51,351 bases of DNA from Phoronis australis (Eukaryota > Animalia > Phoronida), in the NCBI GenBank assembly GCA_002633005.1, contig NMRA01001130.1, forward strand, positions 1 to 51,351, in the 5' to 3' direction. The position numbers were made by a program, and so were the translations under genes. The notes beneath the pieces were generated by a model. That model worked only from the letters and a program-made list of their open reading frames with translations, made no database searches and was not told the DNA's origin. Positions 37,306 through 47,843 of this stretch are shown piece after piece. Within the stretch, counting starts at the first letter, position 1, and every line of letters starts with the position of its first letter.

Positions 37306-40300
37306 CAGTTACTACCAGGGCTCAGGCAGAGACTGTAAGTCAAGGAGCACTTTAGCGGCGGATACAGCAGTAGAATATATGTATATGCCAGATGATTTTG
37401 TGTTAGAAAATTATCGAGTAATTGACATTGGTGTGTTGTCAGAATATAGTCTGACATTATTTTTAGTTTGTTTTGTTTTGTTATTCTGTTTGATTGGCAT
37501 GACCCCTGAGTTAAGTACAGTGATGATGTAATTTGTTTACTTCAAAATAGCATCGAACTTTCTTGAAGACTGAGGTCAGAACAGTGATGATGTAATTTGT
37601 TTACTGCAGTATAGTGTGGAACTTTCTAGAAGACTCTAGCATGACAGTGATTAATGCAGTCTGGAATATTCTAGAGACTAGTACATGTTTATAGAATGAT
37701 TGGGTAGATTCCAGAAAGTTCTGGTAGGTGCTTGAATTGATGAAAAGTTCTAGAACAACGCATTAGGCTATAAATACACAAGCACGGGTTTGTGTTAATC
37801 AATTGAGTCCAAGAAGACTAAGTCAGTTGAGTCCAAGAAGATCAAGTCAGTTCACAAGAAGATCAAGTCAGTTCACAAGAAGATCAAGTCAGTTCAAGAA
37901 AGTTAATCAGTAGAACTACAGTTGAGTTGCGGTGAAGAGAATCAGCAGTTACAGCGATAGTCAATAGAGAGCCAGCTATAGAGACAGCAGGTTATTGAAT
38001 CGAGTGTAACAGTTGCTGGAAGTATCTCAGAAGTTCAATACAAGTCAAGGCTTCGCAGCTTTTGCTGGAGCATAAACAGACATTACGTCGGACGTTTTGT
38101 TTGAGTAGGCTTGTGAACGTACGGTCAGGATTAATAATGAATTAACTCGAACCAGGCTTCAGTCAATCTTCGCACCGAAAGCTATTAGCACCGGTCTGTA
38201 ACAACCTGCGCCCACCAACACACGGGGAAAACGTGACACTTTCAAATTGAAGAAGTATGCCAGCGTTTGCTGAATGGTAGATTATGTCACAGTAATCTAG
38301 ATGTGGAAGTACAAAAGACTTGAACAGAGTTTCAAGATGCATGATTTTGAGAGGACGAGGGATAATTCTAATTTGATTAATTAATTTTTGTACTTTTTGA
38401 ACGAGTTCGCGACAATGAGGAGTAAATGTAAGCTTATGGTCGAGTAGCAAGCCAGGATGTTTGTGCGTGAACTTATTGGGGATAACTTCCCCATTGACTG
38501 ATATTTCCAGTGTTGGATTTGTTTGGAAATGAGTATTATTAGACTTAAAAAATATAAGATCAACATTTTTTCAGGTTTAAATTTCATCTTCCGTTTGTAA
38601 GACGAGTCATACACTTTGTTAAGGTCAAATGTAAGGAGTCATGCGGATGGTCTTTTGAGAATGGGTGGAAAATTGCAGTGTCATCAGCATATAAGAATAG
38701 TTTAGATTGTATGATTGTGTCTGGAAGATCATTGGTGTACATTAAAAAGAGTAAGGGGCCTAGTACGCTCCCCTAGGGTATTCCAGCATTTACGAAACGT
38801 TGCGTTGATGAAGGTGAAAAGACACCCTAAATTCGGACTTTGAAAATCGAAAACAAAAGTAAGCTTGTAATATGTAAGCTGGGAAATTTTCAGAACAAAA
38901 TTTACATGTTTAAATACTAACAAGGTTTTAAATATTGGCATCATAAAGCATTCTAAACATGTGACCCACGCATTACTTTAACTTTCAAGTAAGCCATAGC
39001 ACAGACAAAACTCGTAATGCTTTGGCTGAAATTCTCACGGAGTGCTGCTAGGGCTTGGGAGGATTTGCCAGCGCAGTCAAAAAGACAATCGTTGAAATTT
39101 AAACACTACTTCAAGTTTGGAAAACATTTCCTTAATAGTACGAGTAGGGATAAAAAGTGCTTTACCTTTTCCGTCGTTATACTTGTATAGAACCTGTTTT
39201 TCAGTTGATTACAAACCGACAAGACTCAGCTGTCAACTGAAGGGTCCGCTCTCCGGTGCGCTATTAAATCACTGTATTCCCAAAATTTTTAGTCTGGGCT
39301 TGTAGGGTGCATATTTTTGCCAGAGTAAGTCCATCCAGTAAGTCTATACAATAAATAACTCCAAAGGGTTCGGTAGGCTAAATTTAATGTACTCTCCTCC
39401 ACTAGTTTAGCTGTAATATCGAACACCACTGCTTGGGCGGAGTGAAACTCAACGGCTAAATGTGCATTTCGACGGAACCAATATCCCGAAAGGTGGTTGG
39501 AATTGTCTACTTAAAGATTATACTTAGGAGTAATGTTTGAAGTCGATATGCAAAGTTTTTTCACAAAGAAAACACAAGTGGGTTCGGTGTCTCAAAATTC
39601 TTAAATCAGTGATAAGTTACGTTTCGTAAACGTTTTGGAATTTCTTGTCGTAGTATCTATGTATTACATTTTAGCCTAATGAACTAGTAGCGTGCACAAT
39701 TTGAAACTACACAGACTAAAATTCAAACAGTTGCGTCATAGACTCTGTTGTAAAACAACACGACAACTGGAATGCTTGTATATAGGCGGATCTAGAGTTT
39801 TAAAAAGGCTTTCTCAATATTAATTTTTACACTTATCAATGTACCTGTTGGTTACGACCGTGATGAGCAGGACAGTAGTTGTATTTTCTGTCAATAACAA
39901 ACACTTCAATCTGATTGGCTACCCAGAAGGAGAGGGACAACATATATGTCCACACGTACAACACACTGAGATACGGTAACCATATCAATCAATAAAGTTT
40001 CAATTTCATTCAAATATCAATATCACCAAAATTTCATTTTTTTTGGAAATTTACCAGGTTAACTTAAAGCTATTGTGCTTTTATTCACATACCGTTCACC
40101 ATTACGGTGGACCGCGTTGCACGCGCTGTCTGGCTTGCGTAAAACATGAAGACTTCTTAAATTATATTTTTATATTTTTTTCCTGCAACAATATAACACT
40201 TTCATAAATAAACATACATTTGTAATCTCCAACTTGATTTTCTGTTTCTGTCTCTATTGAGAAAGGATGTGATTATGTTCGAAAATTTCACACACACGAA

Positions 40301-40514
40301 TAAGTGAAATTTTGTTTTCAGACGCACTCAGTTTTACCGTTAAATAGTGATTTTTGATAAGTCGTACACACCGAGGCTTAGCGAACGAACAAATGGATAT
40401 ATCTGTGTGTGCGTGTACGGACTCCTGACAGGGCGTGCCTATGATTCAAATCCAAAGTGGCACCCATTAAATCGCGTTTGTTATTGTCTAATCTTGATAT
40501 TTATTGCCGCTAAG

Positions 40515-40735
40515 GGAATGTTCATGAACACCTTGCCAGTGGACGATTTGGTAGCATTGGGCAAAGACATGCAAAAGTTATACTCCATGTTTCATCTGAT
40601 GCCGTTGGACGGTAAAGGACCCCTCGGCAGCATGGGAATAGATTTAAAGCTCATGCATGAATTGGATCGCAATTATCGACTTCCTCTCAATTACGTGATG
40701 GATCGCCTTTCAAGCGTAAGCTTGGATTATACAAG
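40515..40735 (+). CDS. Orphan candidate exon, unknown product
   Basis: Open frame with protein-like composition (GMFMNTLPVDDLVALGKDMQKLYSMFHLMPLDGKGPLG...), a taag acceptor and an aag|gtaacg donor. Confidence 0.3.
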
Positions 40736-42902
40736 GTAACGTCCTACCACTTATCACAGCGTGGTTTTATAGAGAGGGACAGGTGTTGGCACAACGGTGA
40801 TTGCGAGTTTACGAGGCGTCTCTACTCGGCCACTTAATGTATTTGACCATTGAAAAAGTCTCATGGCCTAGTGATGCCGCTTTTCTGGAAACACCAAGTT
40901 TTACTCCACCAAAACTAACTAGAAAGATTATTGTCACGGCGTGACAATAATGGACTCTGCGCGTGCGTATTCTTGGAATTGTTATGGGAATTTACTGACA
41001 GCAACCCGTTTACTAATATGAGAAGGAATTCTTCAAAGTTGTAGGAGAACTTACATGTTAATATTTTGATGACCTTTCCACTAATTGACATCTCCCGGTG
41101 CATTATAAGCCCCGATGATGGAAAAAATCTAAACTCAATTAAAAGTTTATTGATGCTAAGAATCACAGGTGTTTTACTTTAAGCACTTAAGAGTACAAGA
41201 TGAATGAATTAGTCAAAATTTGTGAAGAAAAATGCACCTAATGACCCCATGAACGCAACAAATGACCTGAAAACTTAGAATTCAAACTCAATCGCATTTA
41301 TTAAACAGAGATGTAATTTTGAAGTCTCAATCTTAGAATTTTAGTTTGCACTCAATGACCTTCGACCTATTTTTTCTGATTGGTTAAGCCTATTGCGTAG
41401 TAAAGTAGGGTGTTCAACTGGCATGTTGACTTACACCAGTGTGCTGAAATCGAAAAGAATTCCTTGAAAAATGAAAGAGATATAACAATTTGAACGTCAG
41501 ATGATCTTTGCACCAACTGACCCTATCCGGTGCATTATAAGCATCCTTAAGAGACCTATTGCAAAGCCCTATAACAGTGTGCTAAATGCTGAGAATCACA
41601 GTTGTCTACCGGATTAGACATCAGAATACTTGATGAATAAAAAGGACAGACATTCAGAAGGAAAATGCACCTAATGACCCCATGGTTGCACTAAATGACC
41701 TGAAACTTCGTAGTAGAACTATTGCAAAGTCCGTGAAAAGTATATTTAATTCTGTGAATCACAGCTGTCTAACAGTTGACACATCAGACTACTTGGTGAA
41801 TGAAAAAGACGAATTTTCAGAAGATAAATGCACCTAATGACCCCATGGATGCACTAAATGATCTCAAACTTCGTATTTCAAATTGAATTTGACGTACCAA
41901 TCAGACTTGTGAATTTGAAGTGTCTAGCTCAAAATTTTAAGTTGCACGCCATCACCTTTGACCTATTTTTTCTGATTGGTTAGGCTTATTGCGTAGTAAA
42001 GTAGGGTGTTCAATTGGCATGTTGACCTACCCCAGTGTGCTGAAATTGAAAAGAATTCCTTGAAAAACGTGACATATAACATTTTGAACGTTAGATGACC
42101 TTTGCACTAATTGACCCTATCCGGTGCATTAAAAGCGTGTTGAGGAGAATTGTTGCAAATCCCATGAAAAAATGTGTTTGATGATGAGAATCACAGTTGT
42201 CAAACATCAGAATACTTGGTGAATGAATAGGTCAAATTTCCAGAAGAAAAGTGCACCTAATGACCCCATATTTGCATTAACGGAACTGAAACTTTGGATT
42301 TCCAATTGGATTACCTGAGCCAATCAGACTTGTGAATTTGAAGTGTCCAGCTAAAAGTTTTAGTTTGCACCTAATGACCTTTGACCTGTTTAACCTGATT
42401 GGATGACCCGATTACTTAGAAAATTAATTTCTTATATTGCTTAATGACGTATACCTGTGTAACGAATTTAAAAAGAATAGCTTTTAAAATAAAGAAGGTG
42501 TAGCATTTTGAAAATTATATGACCTTTGCACTAAATGACCTCTTCCGGTGCAATATGGAGTATGATTATATAACGAATCAAAATTGATTTACTGTCAAAA
42601 CTGATATGCTGAATTTAAAGAAGGTAGTTGCACCCAATTTGGAGTTATTAAGAGGCATTATCTGAGAAAACCTGCAGAGGTCGGCGGCGGCATGTTAAAA
42701 TTCATGGATTTTGTCAATGGGGTTTTATTAAGGATACCAAACAATAAAATAAAAAGTTATTTTAAAAATCAAAAAAATGTTTTTGTATGGATTACAGCAC
42801 ATCCAATATTCCCATGTATTCCAATAGGGAAATGGGTAGTAAGTGTGGAATTTCAAAAGGCTTTTATTAGAAAGTAGTTCCTAACTATTTAAAGTGAGAT
42901 AT

Positions 42903-43437
42903 NNNNNNNNNNNNNNNNNNNNNNNNNNNNNNNNNNNNNNNNNNNNNNNNNNNNNNNNNNNNNNNNNNNNNNNNNNNNNNNNNNNNNNNNNNNNNNNNNN
43001 NNNNNNNNNNNNNNNNNNNNNNNNNNNNNNNNNNNNNNNNNNNNNNNNNNNNNNNNNNNNNNNNNNNNNNNNNNNNNNNNNNNNNNNNNNNNNNNNNNNN
43101 NNNNNNNNNNNNNNNNNNNNNNNNNNNNNNNNNNNNNNNNNNNNNNNNNNNNNNNNNNNNNNNNNNNNNNNNNNNNNNNNNNNNNNNNNNNNNNNNNNNN
43201 NNNNNNNNNNNNNNNNNNNNNNNNNNNNNNNNNNNNNNNNNNNNNNNNNNNNNNNNNNNNNNNNNNNNNNNNNNNNNNNNNNNNNNNNNNNNNNNNNNNN
43301 NNNNNNNNNNNNNNNNNNNNNNNNNNNNNNNNNNNNNNNNNNNNNNNNNNNNNNNNNNNNNNNNNNNNNNNNNNNNNNNNNNNNNNNNNNNNNNNNNNNN
43401 NNNNNNNNNNNNNNNNNNNNNNNNNNNNNNNNNNNNN
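42903..43437. other. Assembly gap (535 N)
   Basis: Run of N. Confidence 1.
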
Positions 43438-44379
43438 AAAAATTTGTTCATATGCAAAAGAACTCGAATGTCTATTAGTATATTATGATCTTCAAGTAAT
43501 GTAAAAACAAACATAACTAGCTTCTAAAACCCATACTTTCAACCATAAATTAGATGAAAACAGGAATACTTCAGAGTTGCACCATCATGAACTGCTAGAT
43601 AATGTATACATAACATCTAATCTAGAAAGGGAACACCTAGGTGCAATAACTTCACATAAAGCTGACAAAATTTCTATATTTCATGGACACAGGAGTTCCA
43701 CTAATCTATCAAATAATTTTGGAGAAAGTTTATCCCAGTTTAGCTGAGTCTGACAGAATTCTCTTGAAATCTGCTCAATGTTACATAGAAAACTAAATGT
43801 ACTGTGTGAAATAAAATATGGATCAAAATCCAAAAACCAAACTAAAGCAAATCATTTCCAACACACAGGAAGTCTAAATCAAAGGCGCACAGAAATCTGT
43901 AAATCAATCAAAATTCCATAAAATAACCTTATTTTGTGTCATCCACCAACAGTAAAGAATAACCGAGACTAATATTATGCAACAAGGCTTTTCAAGGCAA
44001 AAATGCACCAATAATGGTTCCACCGACTGGAAGTGTTCAAGAGTGGCACACCCTAAATCATGTAAAATCACTTCACTCGTATCACCAGCAGTTTACACCT
44101 TTCAGCATTTATAGAAAACCATAAAACTCTCAGAAAGACATCGACTCTTTCAAGGGTTCAGCAAGAGAAGTAAGCCACTGTGATGAGACTAAGCATTGCA
44201 ACTGGAATATATTTCAATAGGTTTGAGTCCTAATCAAGTAGCTTGGAAATACAATGGCATATGTTATCACCAATTTCCCATTCCTACAAACATCACAATG
44301 CCTACCCACAACCCCAACTTCGGTCAGCACCCGCTGATGAAGGGGTGAACACATATATCCTTTAAAATATCTATTCTAG

Positions 44380-44934
44380 ACATCAGCATGGCAAGCGCAC
44401 ATCTTTAAGTAACCTGTAACAGTATTCAAAAATCAGATTTACGCTTACATAGCTTAATGTCTATGTTCAGCAGCTTAGAATTTTCTTTCAAATTCCCAAC
44501 TTTTAGATTGCTCAACTTTTTGTCCCTCAACATCTCACACAAGTTTTCTCCTCCATACATAATCGGGGGCATTACCCCTACTTCACGAAATACTGCGTCT
44601 CATTTTCTCCTCCCAGATACGTCGACCATTTGCAACATCATCTTTGTCTTCATCTTCAAAAACTGCTTTGCGTTTTATTTGAAGTGCAAGTCGTGAAAAA
44701 AAGCTAGATTACTGTTTGGCTGTACGCCACTCATTGGAAGGAAACTTCGATCTGATGAACTGAACACTGTCCTGGGTCTGCTTTTTGGCCACTTTTCTCG
44801 CCATCGTTAAACATATTTGTATGGAAATCCATCACACCTTCGGACATTCTTGGGGCTTTGTGACCGATTTCAATGTCCGACCTTCCTCTAATGCTGAAAT
44901 CCAAATACTTCCTCAGCCATTTGCTTGTAATCAT
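44380..44934 (-). pseudogene. C-terminal transposase remnant (Sola3-like)
   Basis: RMSEGVMDF..MFNDGEKSGQKADP, then with frameshifts FPSNEWRTAKQ*SSFF and PIMYGGENLCEMLRDKKL...KRK. ttttttcag acceptor immediately upstream. Confidence 0.55.
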
Positions 44935-45677
44935 CTGAAAAAAATAGAGTAAAACCTCTCAACAGGAGGGAGATTACGGTTCATCCGGTAACATGAATTG
45001 CCATTTAGAAAACTTTCTTGCACTTGATTTCTCAACTACACACACAGGCACTGCAAATGCTCCATTTGCGATTACCTAAGTTCAGTATCAGAAACCAGGT
45101 TTCATATCTGCGCTCTGAAGTCCTGACACTGACTTTAGGTGTGTCCATGAAAACGAAATTACCAATGAGTTACGGATGGACGACCAAGTGTACATCGTGA
45201 CTTAACACGACAAACCGGCAATTTCCGTACCGTCCTTGATCTCAAACTGTCAAGTGCGACGTGTGTTTGGGCTTTTTGGGAACATTTTTCCTCTTTGACT
45301 GCGAATTTCTAGCGAATTTGCTGTAGAGCAAGAGACCGTGAATGTTAAGAAAGAACAATTGCTCATGGTTTGTTGAACCCCTGTTTTGTGTAATTTTATT
45401 GAGTTATGTGTTTGATATAGGTGGCTGAATCGAAGCACCTGTGAAATTTCTAGTCCCGAGTGTCATACCTTGTAGTATTATGTCTAGTGTATTGGGGACC
45501 ATCAGAAGCTGAGGTCGCTCGTGGTAATGCACAGGTCCTTTTCTTAAATGTACTACATGTATAAGAAAAGGCATTTGCCTTAAGAAAAAAATAAATGCAA
45601 ACTAGTGACTACCAAAAATGATGCTTGTTATTCAGCAGTAACTGGTTATCATGTTAATTTAGAAGGCAGAATTCCAA

Positions 45678-47411
45678 CAGTGGCAGGATACAAGGAATAG
45701 TGAAAACGCGCATTTTAAAATGTGTCAATTATTTAGGGTGAAATCGACACATTTCGTTTCGCGACCAAAACCCGCGCAAACTTCATAATCATGCTCGGAG
45801 AAACAAAAGTCCGCAAACCTCGAATATTTCCCGGCTCAGTTCCGCCAATGAGAACGTACCCGTGCGCACCCCGTCTTCCACCGGCCTCTACGGAAGCGGT
45901 ACCTGTCTTCCACTGGCCAGGCTCTGACCCGACGGCTACCGTGATTCCGCGCTCCGGCGCCGAAAGTCATATACACATTTCTTTGTACTCGCAAAATTTT
46001 TCAACCCAGCGTTTCTGAAAAGAAAACAAATGGTCAATAATCGACACATTTCTTGGGACTTAGTAAATTTTGCACATACGCCGGGACAGACCGGCCTGCA
46101 GCGCTCCGCTTTCCGTTCTGCGGCACCGTAGACCCCGCAGGATGCCAGACTTTATCCCCTGGACTACCGTCTGGGGAGATACCCGAGACACAACTATGGA
46201 CTGTATCTCGGCCTGCCAATTTTCAAAGCACCTTTGCCAGAAAGCGACACAAATGGCCAATAATCGACACATTTCAACGCAACGTTTCTGAAACCGACAC
46301 ACATTGCCAATAATCGATACACATTTTCTCGGAATTTAAAAATTTTTGCACATTTACGCAGGGTACAGACCTGAGCAGCTGCGCTCCAGCCTCGGCGGCG
46401 AAGACCCCGCAAACGTCGGCTGGAGACTTTCCACAGATATTGCTGGGACACCACAATGGACTGTATACCGGCCAGCCGGTGGAGCCCGATACGTTTCCAC
46501 AGACGGCGGTCCACGGGGTCAAGTCTGGCATCCTGCGAGGTCTGCGGTGCCGAGGGCGGAGCGCTGCAGGCCGGTCTGTCCCTGCGTATGTGCAAAATTT
46601 TCTAAGTTCCACGAAATGTGTCGATTATTCGCCATTTGTGTCGCTTTTTCAAAGGTGCTTTGAAAATGTAACAAAAAGCAAACGTATTGGGGTCAAGCAG
46701 CTGGCCGGTATACAGTCCATTGTCGTGTCCCGGCAATATCTGTGAAAGTCCTCAGTCGGCGCTTGCGGGGTCTGCGCTGCCGAGGCTGGAGCGCGGCTGC
46801 TCAGGTCTGTCCCCTGCGTAAAAGTTCCGAGAAAATGTGTCGATTATTGACCATTTGTGTCGGTTTCAGAAACGTTGTGTTGAAATAATTATAAGTCCCA
46901 AGAAATGTGTCGATTATTGGCCATTTGTGTCAGTTTCAGAAATGTGTTGAAATAATTATAAGTTCCGAAGGAGCCTTGAAAATATAACAAAAGTAAGCAA
47001 ACAGCGGGGTCTATAGGCAGGCCGGGATACAGTCCCTAGTCGTGTCCCAAGTGTCTGTGAAAACTCCCCAGACGGTGGTCCACGCGGTCAAGTTCGGCAG
47101 CTTGCGGGGTCTGCGCTGCCCAGGCCGGAGCGCGGCTGCAGGTCTGGCACCTGCGTTTACGTGCGGCCTTTTTCTAAGTTCCGAGAAAATGTGTCGATTA
47201 TTGACCATTTGTGTCTTCAAAACAATGTATTTAAAATGTAACATAATAAAGGAAACGTAGCCTGGGGGTCCAGAGTGGTGGGCCGGTGTACAGTCCCTAC
47301 TCGTCTCCCAGCTATCTATAAAAAGTCTCCAGGCGCGGCGGTCCATGTGGTCACCATCAAAAACCGACACATTTTAAAATGCACGTTTTCACTCTACCCT
47401 ATATCTTGCCA
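45678..47411. mobile_element. Nested non-autonomous inverted-repeat element (hAT/foldback-like) inside copy 2
   Basis: ~45-bp imperfect TIRs TGGCARGATAYARGGWAKAGTGAAAACGYGCATTTTAAAATGTGTC. AATCGACACATT motifs in the left half and the inverted AATGTGTCGATT in the right half. No clear TSD. Confidence 0.65.
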
Positions 47412-47437
47412 TATATCCAGAATTAAACAATGCATAC

Positions 47438-47843
47438 CTGATCCAACGGGCAGGATCACATTTCTCTCAGTTCTTATCTCCTCTAACAATAACATAGCTA
47501 AATTCATTGCGCGTCAACCTCACGGAGCTTTAGGACGCCTCTTCTTCTTCCCTCCATGATCTGGGTAGGCACAGAGTTTAGATGGGAAGAACTCTACACC
47601 AAACTTGTTCCTATGAAGGGGACACACCGTCAGTTCATCAGCCGAGCCCTCGTCAAATACAGCTCTGTTCAACAGAAGTTTCCACTTCGTTACGTCCTCC
47701 GATTTGTTTATGTACCGCAGATATTTGGAAACATCTCTGTCACAGCTCATAACACTCGTCAGATTCTTTTCACCCCCGTCTTCAGAACAATTTACTGTGG
47801 ATTTTGTAGAGAATGAACAACAAGTACCCACAAGAGTCACCAT
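47438..47843 (-). pseudogene. N-terminal transposase exon remnant (Sola3-like), copy 2
   Basis: Same Cys/His-rich peptide as 1608-1931. Two in-frame TGA codons, then RAMNLAMLLLEEIRTERNVILPVGS and a cag|gtatgc donor. Confidence 0.55.

Larger units (their letters stand above)
35835..38238 (+). mobile_element. Internally deleted Ty3/Gypsy LTR retrotransposon
   Basis: TG...CA LTRs at 35835-36594 and 37437-38238. 5-bp TSD CTTTC (35830-35834, 38239-38243). PBS present. 842-bp internal region. Confidence 0.93.
35105..38786 (-). mobile_element. 5'-truncated, decayed CR1/L2-group LINE ORF2, split by the LTR element
   Basis: [19 protein letters not shown]...LYADD (38786-38680) and LFKSFVLPHLDYCDIIY. 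The frame resumes at 35834 as LQYHASLAIT...LNWSKL. C-terminal FFAC..C...R region at 35155-35514. Confidence 0.88.

Noticed and set aside
42885-43514. ~200-aa ORFs in the track
   Set aside because: Artefacts of translating through the N gap.
44326-44350. CTGATGA inside a small hairpin, a possible hammerhead
   Set aside because: No stem II followed by GAAA.
46034-47370. Dense overlapping ORFs on both strands (also at 33-1319)
   Set aside because: GC-rich repeat modules poor in stop codons, with no protein motifs.
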